Source: Mobula hypostoma (taxonomy: Eukaryota). Taken from it: a stretch of DNA of 64,000 nucleotides. This document shows, piece after piece, positions 1 through 11,735 of this stretch (its first letter is position 1; each line of letters opens with the position of its first letter). Made by a program: the position numbers and the translations under genes. The stretch covers positions 27,032,001 to 27,096,000 of the forward strand of contig NC_086099.1 of the NCBI RefSeq assembly GCF_963921235.1, given 5' to 3'. Below the pieces are notes generated by a model. It did no database searches. It saw nothing but the letters and a program-made list of their open reading frames with translations, and was not told the DNA's origin.

Positions 1-190
1 TCTCACACAACCCCCGGCATTCCACAATCAAAGTCATTTAGAACATATTTCTTCCCCCATTCTGATGTTTGGTCGAAGTAATAACTGAACTTCTTGTCCA
101 TGTTTGCATGCTTTTATGCATTGACTGATTACATATTTGCATTAACGAGCACGCGTACAGGTGTACCAAATAAAGTGGCCACTGAGCTTA
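1..190. mobile_element. Tc1/mariner non-autonomous element, terminal part
   Basis: Ends in aataaagtggccactgag, the TIR shared with the copies at 9445, 42541 and 59411; the internal sequence matches them. Confidence 0.75.
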
Positions 191-741
191 TTTGTCCTCA
201 TTTAAATCTTTGGACAGAGCTGAAAATTTAAAAAGCAGAACAGCATTCAAGCTGGAAATCTGAAGTAAAGACAAAGCGTGCAGATAACACTCAGTAGGTC
301 ATTTCAGTATTAGAGTTTGAAGGCTCTTTGTCACACTGTAGAGTCTGTCTGTTTCACTTTGTACAGAGTCAGCAGATCTCAACTAGGAGAGTGTCAACTG
401 TATAATCAATAGGCTTGAAACTTTGAGCTGAGGAAAATAAGAAAGAAAGTGTCAGATGATAATTTCTGATGGATTTTCTGGTTTCATTCAGAAGAGTATT
501 GAAATCCATCGTAAGTGGTCATTATTAACAGTCATTAATTTATGGCTGCTGAAAATTAGATGGAAATGGACAGTGGGGGTGCTCAAGGATTGAACTTCAT
601 TATTTGGTCACCCAGGCCTAAACCTAGCACCTGGAGTCATGCATGAATGAGCTATGTATGAAACCATAAACTAGCATGGGTCAACAATTTAAATTGATGG
701 AAAAATATTGAAGAATACAAAACAGAAACATAGAATTTACG

Positions 742-1496
742 GCAGGCAAGTGTGCGGTGTTGCACTTTGGGAGGACAAACCAGGGTAGGACTTATGCAGT
801 GAATGGTAAAACAAAACCTGAGGAATGTGATAGAACAAAAGGTTCTGGGAATACAGATCCATCACTCCTTGAGAGTGGCAGTCACAGATAGATAGGGTCA
901 TAAAGAGAGCTTCTGGCACATCAGCTTCATAAATCAGAGAACTGAATATAGGAATGGGGCTGTTATGTCGAAGTTAATGAGACCAAATTTACATTATTGT
1001 GTGCAGTTCTGGTCACAGGAGAAGATATAAATAAGATTGAAAGGGTACAGAGAAAAATTACAAGGATGTTTCAAGGAATTGAGGACCTGAGTTATATGGA
1101 AAGGTTAAATAGGTTAGGACATTAATCCTTGCAGTTTATGAGATTTAATAGAGGTATACAAAATTATGAGGGGTATAGATAGGATAGGTTTCACTGAGAT
1201 TGGGTGAGATTAGAACTAGAGGTCATAATTTACAGGTGAAAGAAGAAATACTTAAAGGGAACCTGAGGGGGAACTTCTTCACTTAGAGCTGGGATTGCCA
1301 ACCTGAATGAGGTCCACGGACCACTTGCTTAATGATATTGGGAACCCCTGACTTAGAGGGTGGTTTGAGTGTGGAGCAAGCTGCCAGCAGAAGTGGTGGA
1401 TGCAGGTTCAATTGCAACATTAAGAGAAGTTTGGATAAGTACATGAATAGATGGACCGAAGGTTCAGTTTCTGTGTTGTGCTCTATGACTATGACT
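742..1496 (+). mobile_element. CR1 (HER1-like) LINE 3' fragment, degenerate
   Basis: CR1 RT C-terminal motifs (CxVLHFG, CVQFWS, ERVQRKxTRM), 3' UTR and a (CTATGA)n-like tail. Confidence 0.85.
1289..1350. mobile_element. 62-bp hAT (Charlie-like) MITE nested in CR1
   Basis: Exact 8-bp TSD ACTTAGAG (1281-1288, 1351-1358). Termini CTGGGATTGCCAA / TTGGGAACCCCTG resemble CAGGGGTTCCCAA hAT TIRs. Confidence 0.8.
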
Positions 1497-3180
1497 AAAA
1501 CAATTCATTGTAGTTTATGCTCCACAATATGAGGTTTCAACCTTAGCCAGGATGTCCTGAGGAAGAATGCACATAATGTGAGTAAACAATGCCCAGAACT
1601 AAGCACAGCTGAATAACCGAAAGCCAGTTTCCCAATGCATCAAAAGCAGAGTACTATTTGAATTGAGAGTTAACAAGAAAGCCAAGAATGTCAGTCTGGC
1701 ACAGAAAATATTATCACTATCAAAAGCATGGAGTCATGGAAATTCAGCGTCTGGTTCTAGAAAGCAGCAGATGCCCTGAAGTGATTTCAATGTGCTAATC
1801 TAATTTTGTGGTTGAGGTGACAGTTATGTACTGCTTGATTTTTGTTCTTGCGTTATAATCTGAACCCGTCAATTGCATTACTGCCTTACAACTACTCCAA
1901 GGCATGTATTCACTCCTTTCCTTCATCACACTGTATTTGGTCACGACATAAAGTGGAAAACTACAATAGAACTTTCATATCACTTTATTTTTGCTCCATG
2001 CCGATGATAGCTGTGTGGTAGTCATTTGTTAGTCTAGTTTACGATTCCACTATTCACACTAAACTAACTTATAGTCATCTCTATTACTTTCTTATAAATC
2101 AAACTTTGCAGTCACTTTATGGGCATACAATCCAATCACCACTGGTCGTGGGAGGTGTGCATAAGATACCTAGATGTTGTGCATCCAATTTTTATTGTTA
2201 ATCCCATGAACAGATTTAAGTTTTGATTACTTTTTCCTCATAGGAAAGCCACCACATGATTTTAGTACTAACAATAGATTAACATTATTCATTTTATTTT
2301 TAATTTCTACAAGATCCCTATTACCATGTTATATGCCTCGTATTCCCAGGTAACAAAGATTCCACCTCATTTGTGACTAACTGGCTGTGAAACTTGGATG
2401 GATGTAATGAGCTTCAGAAAAAGTATCCCAATGATGAACTAAGAAAATGAAAACCCAAATTAAAAAGTTGGGGGCAAATATGAAATACAATATTATGACC
2501 ATGTAGGAATCACAGCAGATGACATCAATACAAATAGTTTTCTCCAACAACTGAATCCCATGATTTTGCTCAAAGTAGATGCCTTTTACACTCTGGTCTT
2601 ATTTACTCAAAGTATCTTAACTCAAATGATCCAAACTCTAGTAATTTTCTGTATTATTTAGGCTGCTTAATTGATATAGTTGCATAATTCAAAAATACTT
2701 CATGGAAAAGTGTTGTTACTATGTATTCTATTAGCAGAAGTAATTTACCATTTTCCAATCTTCACAGACATCAAGAAAATAGAAACCATCAGGTCCTAGA
2801 GTTACTTATCTTTCCTTCCACAATGGTTGTAGCAGGGGATACAACATTAACATCCTGCATGTGTGGAAATTCCTTCACCCCTCAATTATTTATTTTTACT
2901 TTTGACATCATCACAGATTTGTGCTCACTCATTACCACATTGCTCATCAGTAAAACAATTCCACTCATAATTTTCCCATGAATATCTATGTTAGATCACG
3001 GCTTCACCTGATGCACATGACTATAAAATCATCAAACAGAGAAGTAGAATCAGGCTATTTGGCCCAATGAGATTTCTCTGCCATTCCATCATGGATGATT
3101 TATTAATCCTCTCAACTCTGTCTTCTCCCAATAACCTTTGATACCCTTACAAATCAAAAACCTATTAACTTCCACTTTAA

Positions 3181-3298
3181 CACTTTCAGTACGCTGGATG
3201 AACTCAGCAGGTCGGGCAGCATGCTGCCTGACCTGCTGAGTTCATCCAGCATACTGAAGGTGTTGCTTTGATCACAGCATCTGCAGATTATTTTGTGT
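3181..3298. mobile_element. Penelope-derived fold-back mini-insertion (82-bp palindrome plus tail)
   Basis: 16-bp TSD TTAACTTCCACTTTAA (3165-3180, 3299-3314). The 41-bp arms 3181-3221 and 3222-3262 have 3 mismatches. Sequence corresponds to the PLE 3' end (GCTGCCTGACCTGCTGAGTT...CAGCATCTGCAG). Confidence 0.85.
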
Positions 3299-4235
3299 TT
3301 AACTTCCACTTTAAACAACTTGGCCTACAAAGCCATCAGTTGCAATGTATTCCAAAGATTCACCACCTTTTGGCTAAAGAAATTCCTCCTCATCTCTGTT
3401 CTAAAGGGTCATGCCTTTATTCTAAGGCTCTGCCCTCTGGCCCAAAATTCACCCTCCATAGAGAACGTCTCTCCACATCCAGTCTATCTTGGCCTTTCAA
3501 TATTCAATAAGTTTCAATGAGATTCCCCCCTCATTCTTCTGAACTCAAGTGAGTACATTCCCAGAACCGTCAAAGGCTCCTCATACATTAACCCTTTCAT
3601 TCCCAGGATCATTCTCGTGAATGTCCTTTGGACCCTTTCCAATGCTAGCACATGTTTTCTCAAATAAAGGGCCAAAAACTGCTCACAATACTCCAAGTGT
3701 GGTCTGACCAATGCCTTACAAAGCTTCAGTATTACATGCTGTACTTGGTTTTATGTTCTAGTCCTCTTGGAATGAATGCTAACATTGCATTTGCCTTGCT
3801 TACCATCAAAGTAATCTGCAAGTTATCCTTTAAGTAATCCTGCATGAGGACACCCAAGTCCTTTTGTACCACTGATTTCTGAAATTTCTCCCCATTTAGA
3901 AAAAAGTCTAGGCCTTTATTCCTTCTACCAAAGTGCATGACCATACATTTCCCGACATTATATTCTATCTTGCACTTTTTGCCTATTCTCCTAATCTGTC
4001 TAAGTCTTAATGCAAACTCCCTGATTCCTCAACACTACCTGCCCTTCTACCTATCTTCATATCATCCATAAACCTTCTCACAAAGCCATCAATTCCTTCT
4101 TCTGAATCATCGACATACAATGTGAAAAGAAGCAGTCTCAACATTAACCCTCCAGAGAACATCTAAACACAAGCAGCCAACCAGAAAAGGCAACTTTTAT
4201 TCCCAATCTTTGCTTCTTGCCAGCCAGTCATGTTA

Positions 4236-4495
4236 TAGGTTGTGTATCCCTTAACAGAATTCCAAAATCTGAAAATTTCCAAAATCCAAAATTTTTTTGA
4301 GCACTGTCATGATGTCATAAATGGAAAACTCCACATGGTGCCGGGAAGGTTCCCAAGTGATGTGCAGGTATCTGCGTATCATAATTAATAGTATGCGATA
4401 ATTTTTACTTTTAAGTACATATGTGTGATGAACAAGTGTAAGACAAAGATTGCTTACCAGTAGAACATAAATTCAGGGTCGGACACCTCAACCTT
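4236..4495. mobile_element. pogo/Tigger4-like non-autonomous DNA transposon nested in CR1
   Basis: Starts after TA with TAGGTTGTGTATCCC...TCCAAAATCC...TTTTTGAGCAC and ends CTCAACCT followed by TA. Resembles recalled Tigger4/MER46 termini (CAGGTTGAGTATCCC). Confidence 0.6.
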
Positions 4496-6014
4496 AATAA
4501 TGGACTCCTACATCTTCCCAACCACTGAAGTCAGGGTAACTGACCTCTAAACTAATTTATTATACTTCTCTCCCTTCTCGAAGTGTGCAGTGACATGTGC
4601 AATTTTCTAGTCCTCTGGAACCATTATAGAATCTAGTGATTCTTGGAAGATCACTACTAATGCCTCCTTAATCTCTTCAGCTACGTCCTGAGAACCATAG
4701 TATGTAATCCATCTGGTCCAGGTGACTTATCTACCTTCAGACCTTTCAGTGTCCCAAGCATCTTCTCATTAGTAATAACAATTACATTCACTTCTGCCCC
4801 CAACAGTCTCAAAATTCTGGCAAATTACAAGTGTCCTCCACAGTGACGACTGACACAAAATACTTATTAAGTTCTTCCGCCATTTCTTTGTTTCCCACTA
4901 CTACCTCTCCACCGTTATTTTCCAGTGGTCCAATATCCACTCTCGTCTCTTTTACTCTTTATATATCTGAAAATACTTTTGGTATCCTCTTTTATAATAT
5001 TGAATAATTTACCTTCATGTTTCATCTTTTCTTTCTTTATTGCTTTTTTACATAGAACATAGAACATTTTTTAGTTGACTTCTGCTTGTCTTTAAAAGCT
5101 TCCCAATCTTCTCTTTAGAATATTTCTTCTTCTTTGTAATGTATCTACTCTGCACCTTCTGAATTGTTCTAAGAACCTCCAGCCTTTGCTGTTCTGCCAT
5201 CATCCCTGCTGGTGTCCCCTTGCAATGAACTTTGGTCAACTCCCCCCTCATGCCTCTGTAACTCCCTTTACTTCACTGTAATGCTGATACATCTGATTTT
5301 GGCTTCTTGCTCTCAAATTGCAAGGTGAATGCTATCATGTTATGATCAGTGCCTCCTAAGGGTTCCTTTGCACAGAGCAAGGGGAAATTCACCTGTCACT
5401 TATGTTATAGCAGCGGATTGGATGATAATGAGAGAAATAGGAATGTGTCACATTTGTTCTAACATTGAGCGGAATCATAATCAGGTTTATTGCCACTGAC
5501 ATATGTTGTGAAATCTGTTGTTTTGTGGAAACAGTACAGTGCAATACATAATTAAAAATACCATAACTTGCAACAAGAAATATAGAACATTACCTAGAGG
5601 CATTGTCTCCCACACATGATCTGGGAGACAAGTCAAACTTCCAGCTAGATACAGAGACTAGACATACATACACAGTCTCACACAGTTTGAGGCAAAGTCA
5701 CACATATTATAAGTTCCAGGTGTGAAATAAAAGCTTTATTAGTCTATGTTAGTAAAAGAAAATACACTGCTGTTAGTATTGTAAGTTACAATGCAGAATA
5801 CAGTACAAGAAGGTAAGTTTTTTTTTAGTTTATGTCATGGTTGTTGCACTGTAAGAAGGGCATACCTAGAGGCATTGTTTTGGTAATTCACAGTGTTGTA
5901 AGAAGAAAACAAAAATCTTGAGAAGGGGGATATAATGTATTGTGTGAGTATTCGTAGCGTCAGAGCGCATATGATGTCAGGACCTACCCCACCTCCACTC
6001 CTGTACATAATAGA

Positions 6015-6292
6015 GATAAGGTTCCACTTGTCCTCGTCTATCACCCCATAAGCCTTCCCATCCAGAGCATCAATCTCTGCAACTTCTGCCTTCTCCTATG
6101 CGACCGCACCACCAGGCATATCTTTCCCTCCACGCCTCTCCACTCTTTGCAGGATTGTTCTCCCTTGTTGACTCCCCGCCCCCCCCCCACAGATCTCCCT
6201 CCCGTCATAGATGCTGCCTGACCTGCTGATTTCCTCCATCATTTTATATGTGTTTCTCTGGATTTCCAGCATCTGCAGAACCTCCTGTGTCT
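6015..6292 (+). mobile_element. Degenerate Penelope-like fragment with 3' end
   Basis: Similar to 17660-17870 (the HIFPSTPLS region), joined to the GATGCTGCCTGACCTGCTG...CCAGCATCTGCAGA terminus. Confidence 0.7.
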
Positions 6293-6524
6293 CTGTAGCC
6301 CATTTTGTGCTTCCCTGGTGCCTGTTTTTACTGGGCATTTCCCCAATGAGGTGCTCTCACAACAGTCTATCCCAAAAGACTCGTGAAGGGTCTGGATTTT
6401 AATGTAGAAAACTGCAGATAACCGTAAGCAGTTTTGGGCAAGGTTGCCTAATTTTCTGAACATGAACAACACAGAATGGTGTCCGGGCAGCAAGCTCCAA
6501 ATAGATCTATAGTTTCAATAATCG

Positions 6525-7015
6525 AGATTGTTCATTGACTTTCTTCATACACAAGTGTAAAGGAGAACAAAATCGTGCAGCATAAAAAACACAATAAGCA
6601 TAAAGAACATAATTGAAAAAAAAACCAAAAAGGACATATTAAATATAAATTTAAAACAATCCTATAAAACTTAATGTGCGAGTAATACATAGACTGATTG
6701 TACATGAAGTGATTGCTAGGTGATGTATATATAATGGAGATAGGGAGTAGCGGGGTGGGACGATGGCTGGAGGTGTTGATCAGCCTGATGGCTTTGGGGA
6801 AGAAACTGTTTTTGAGTCTACTGGTGCTGGCATGGATTCCGTGTAGCCTTTTCCCTGATGAGAGTGGGACAAACAGTCCACGAGCAGGGTGGGTGGGATC
6901 CTTCATGATATTGCTGGTCTTCTTCCAGCACCTTTCTGTATATATGTTCTTGATGGTGGTTAGGCTGGTGCCAGGGAATACAATGGGCAGTTTTAGCTAC
7001 CCATTGTAGAGCTCT
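6525..7015 (-). mobile_element. Rex1/Babar LINE 3' fragment
   Basis: ORF KDPTHPARGLFVPLSSGKRLHGIHASTSRLKNSFFPKAIRLIN is the Rex1-type C-terminus. Confidence 0.85.
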
Positions 7016-7669
7016 CCTCTATAAATGTGGAGCTTGCTACATTGCTCAATGTGTGCTAAGGCAGAAGGCATAGGAATATTTATTTATTTGGAGATACAGC
7101 AACAGGCCCTTCTGGCTCAACAAGCCTATACCACCAAATTACACCCATGTGACCAAATAACCTACCAACTTGAATGTCTTTGGAATGTGGGAGAAGACTG
7201 GAGCGCAGTTTTCTTCCAGTGTACAACTCATTACAGATAGCAGCAGAATCGAACCCATATCGCTGGTGTTGTTAAAGCTTTACACTAACTGCTATGCAAC
7301 TCAGCTGTCCCTAAATATTGGGTCAAGTCTTAATTAATAAGCATTAATGGATAAATAATGGCAGTATGGTGTATAAGTAGTTTCTAGGGTTAGTGGCGCA
7401 TTCAAAGAGAAATGGAATTTGAAGATCAACTTTAAGATTTCACATATGTAAGATAATTGAATCTCTTGCAGCATTGCAGCAAGCTTCTCAAGAACCATCT
7501 GTCTCAATGGGTGTAAAGTTTGATGCAATGGACAGGGAGTGATCGGCCATAAACACAGTCAGCTGAATGAGTTGAAATCTGTTTAACATGAGAAGTCTTA
7601 AGAATAGTGTGGGTTAGTAGTTTGGCAGACGACATGAAGGTTGGAGGTATTGTGGATGGGGGTCCTTCA

Positions 7670-8000
7670 GGTACCATCCATCATTAAGGAACTCTATCAC
7701 CCAGGGCATGCCCTCTTCTCATTGCTACCATAATGTCGGAGGTACAGGAGCCTGAAGGCACACTCTCAATGTTTTAGGAACAGCTTCTTTCCTTCTGCTA
7801 TCAGATTTCTGAATGGAGAATGACCCCATGTAGACTACATCACTTTTTGCACCTCTTATTTAATTTTAATATATATGTATATATACACATTTTTATTGTA
7901 ATTTATAGTATTTTTATTATGTATTGCACTGTACTGGAGCCACAAAACAACAAATTTCACAAACTGTACTAGTAATATTAAGCCTGATTCTGATTCTGAT
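7670..8000 (+). mobile_element. Rex1/Babar 3' fragment inserted in a CR1 fragment
   Basis: HPGHALFSLLP...RRYRSL...FRNSFFPSAIRFLN-like sequence with a (CTGATT)n tail. CR1 sequence lies on both sides (about 7615-7660 and 8003-8100). Confidence 0.75.
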
Positions 8001-9444
8001 TTGGATGTTGTAGAAGTCTATTGTAGGTTACAACAGGATGTAGACAGAATACGGAGCTGTGTGGAGAAGTAGCAGATGGAGTTCGATGTGGAAAAATGCG
8101 TTCTTGAATATCTCCCATGTCAGGATAAGTACAAATTACTCACCAATACAAGACACAGCCACAAAGCCCCTCCCCACTCCCCTTTATACAGTGCAGCTTG
8201 ATTTTGAAAAGTGTAGGCTGGGTTGCTAGGTGCAAGCTACCTCAAAGTCGGGTCTACGATAGTTTTTATAAGGTGCACACAGTAGTCATTTAAAACAGCG
8301 GGCAGCATGAAGTTGTCTCGTCTGCAATAGAAGCAACAGACATGCTTTAATTGCATATCACAATCTTTATACCTGTTTTATGTGCTTCCCAGCATTTCTA
8401 ACCCCTTCTTCCCAAAGGTTTTACTCCTTTTTTTTCTGGTAGGAATGGAAGTTACATATTAAAGCTAGTGAACAATGATATCATCAGATCATCTCAGTGA
8501 GATTACTGTCTTTTAATCAGTCTAGTGCAGCCAGTATTCTCAAAATGAGAGAGCTTATTTGATTATCAAAACTCTTTGAGAATAATAACTGTGTTTTTGG
8601 TTGCATTTGTCTTTAATTTGTTTTATTTTTCTAAAATTTCTCTAACGTATACCAAATGGGTTTCATGGTAAGCACGGATGAATTTCCCTGACTTAATTTT
8701 GATCATCTTCCTTCTTAAGGAAGAAAGCATGTAAAATAGAGAAATAAGTAACAGATGGTCATAGGCTGAATTAGAAATGTTTACCTTGTCCTTTGGAGAT
8801 CCACATACACATTTTGGAATAAATCCAATTCAGGAGGCTTCTCCTAAACTTTCATTATTACACAAATCATATTTTAAAATAGACTTAAAAAAACACCTTC
8901 AACAATTATAAAATTTAAACAGTATGACCCCATTTGACAAGCTTAAATTGTGGATGGACCACCTTTTTCCCCTGTCTGTAATATATTATATACTGTTTTT
9001 AAAATATTACCAGTTTTAAGTACTTGCTCCTGCACCCAATTATTAATTCATTTTGTAACCAAATCTAAATTAAAATCAACATTCAACATCATATTATTAA
9101 AATAAAACAAATAGATCACTAATATGTAGCTTTAACTGCTCAAGGGATTGCTCTTTAAGCACCAGCTGCTGAATTTAGATGAACTTAGGTAAATAATTGG
9201 TGATATTTCTTGAGCTATGAAAATATGGATTGATATTTAAGGATCGCTGTATGTGAACAAAACTCCAATAGAAACTGCAAATTGGTTTACAAATATAGGA
9301 GTTTTATTACATTAAAGGCAGCAAAATTACTTTGGAAGTGTTTTTTTTCAGTTTGCTGACAAAAGTAATTTAGGTGAAGTATTTTTTAACCACAGTATTT
9401 TGTTTCTGACTGAACAACCATTGAAATCACAGACTGAAAAAATA

Positions 9445-10011
9445 CACTCAGCGGCCACTTTATTAGGTACCTCCTCTAACCATAAAGTGCCCACTCAGTG
9501 TATGTTCGTGGTCTTCTGCTGCCGTAACCCATCCACTTCCAGTTTCAACGTGTTGTACATTCAAAGATATTCTGCACACCACTGTTCGGAGTGTGGTTAT
9601 TTGAATTACTGTTGCCTCCTTTCAGCTTGAAACAGTTTGCCCATTCTCCACTGACTTCTCTCATTAATAAGGCATTTTAATCACAGAACTACTGCTCACT
9701 GGATGTGTTTTTGCTTTTCACACCATTCTCTGTAAACCCTGGAGACTGTTATGCATGGAGATCCCAAAAGATCAGCAGTTTCTGAGATACTCAAACCATC
9801 CCATGCGCCACCAACAATCTTTCCATGGTTAAAGTTAAATACAATTACATTTCTTTTGCATTCTGATGTTTGGTGTGGACAACAACTGAACCTCTTGACC
9901 ATGTCTGCATGCTTCAATGCATTAAGTTGCTGCCACGATTGGCTGATTAGATACAGTATTTACAATAATGAGCAAGTGTATGAGTGTAGCTAATAAGGTG
10001 CTCACTGAGTT
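9445..10011 (-). mobile_element. Tc1 deletion derivative with transposase N-terminal remnant
   Basis: TA-flanked TIRs CACTCAGCGGCCACTTTATTAGG / TAATAAGGTGCTCACTGAGT. The minus-strand ORF contains GLSISETADLLG...VSRVYREW (Tc1 paired-like HTH). Confidence 0.85.
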
Positions 10012-11019
10012 TATCTTTGCTACTGTTTATTTTATCAAATTGGACAAGGAGAAAAGTCCTTATGACTAAACTACGAAGTGTTATTTGTTATTGTGCCTGT
10101 ATTGAATGGCAATCAATGTATTCTGTGGTTGGACATAGATAGCCGTATAAAATAAATAGAATATGTAAATGTTATGAACTCACTTCTATTTATAACCATT
10201 AATTATTTATAAGCAAACACACTGAATTTCAAGGCAAAAAGTGATATGTTTGTCTTGAACCGCTGCAAACGTGTTCAAAAGTCGTTTGCCTAAAAATCCA
10301 TCCTTGGCTGGAGGTGTTGTTGAACACTTACATTTGCTATGTCTGACCATAGATTTATTTCTATTTATTGTCTTATTCTTTGAACAGAACATCATTAGGG
10401 ATATTTCCAAGTATCTTTTTTTTATATAAAGGGGAATGTGGATACAGCATTTAATAGAAAGTTTTAATGAATTTTTTGATCTTATTAATGCTCAGCTAAT
10501 CTCAGTGCAATCCACAATTTATCAGATTTTTTCAGTTGATTTTGAGAATGCATTTGTCAACTAAAATAATATGGAGAGGTTATACCTAGGATACATTCTC
10601 AAATGCATTCTCGTGACTGGCTGACATATGGGTTACAATCTGGTGGCTGTATATCATAAATACAAGTGTGTTTAATTAATGTCTCTCAAATAAGACAAAT
10701 TAAAACAATATGGGCTGATACAGATATGGGATGATTCAGACTTGGAGTAATTCATGAAATAGATGCTATGTCCATTGTTTATCATCCGTACATGAGTCAA
10801 TAGGAAATGCTAACCTTTGATGACTGAACTCTGTATAGATTTCAAACTGCATCCGGTTTCCATTGCCTGACATCTGGAGAGAGTACTGGGATAGCAATAG
10901 GATGCTAAACGTTAGATGGTGTGATAGAGGACACACATTACACTAAAGAGTGTTTCCAATGTCATTGAAGGCGTAAATGAAAATTGCCAGTATTATATGT
11001 GATCTGGGCATTAACATTT

Positions 11020-11735
11020 CTCTACATTGGTGGCATGGCAGTGGAAACCACGAGCATTTTCAATCTCCTGGGACTGCACACCTCACATCGCCTCTCATGG
11101 TACCAGAACATAAGCTACACAAACAAAGAAGCTCACCAATGCCTCTACTTTCTGAGGAGGGTGTAGGGAGCTCGTCTATGCTCATCAATACTCACAACCT
11201 TCTACAGATGCGCAGTCGAGAGCATCCTAACAAACTGCGAAACTGCATGGTGCAGAAACCACACAGAAAGTCTCTACAACGGGTAGTCAAAAATCACCAA
11301 TGCATCACTGGCACCAGCCTACCCACATCAAGGACATATATATAGAAAAGTGCCAAGAAAAGGTCAGCAATATCATGAAGCATCCCACTCACTCTGCTCA
11401 TAGACTATTTGTCCCTCACCCATCAGGGAGGAAGCTACATAGCATCCACTCCAGAACAACCAGACTCAAAAACAGTCACTTTTCCCAAGCAGTAAGGCAG
11501 ATCAACACTCCACCCAGTAACCGACCACCCTTACTTTATCATTTCCTATCAGTCATGGTATGTAAAGACACTCCTTTACCTGGTGTCACTTTATGTATAT
11601 ACAATCAATCCATGCACAGAAGCTATCTTATGTATTTTGTTTTCTTTTTTTTATTGTGTTTTTTTGTGCTGGATTGGATCTGGAGTAACAATTATTTTGT
11701 TCTCTTTTACACTTGTGTACTGGAAAATGATACAA
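11020..11735 (+). mobile_element. Rex1/Babar LINE 3' fragment
   Basis: ORF pieces KEAHQCLYFLRR and PSGRKLHSIHSRTTRLKNSHFSQAVR. Confidence 0.85.

Larger units (their letters stand above)
3030..5372 (-). mobile_element. CR1 LINE ORF2 fragment, degenerate, with nested insertions
   Basis: Minus-strand ORFs MVRPHLEYCEQF...LERVQRTFTRMI and MHFGRRNK...VSKANAMLAFI are typical CR1 RT C-terminus. Confidence 0.9.

Noticed and set aside
10543-10613. Short inverted repeat GAGAATGCATTTG / CAAATGCATTCTC
   Set aside because: Only ~13 bp, built on a self-palindromic ATGCAT core, with no TSD; plausible by chance.
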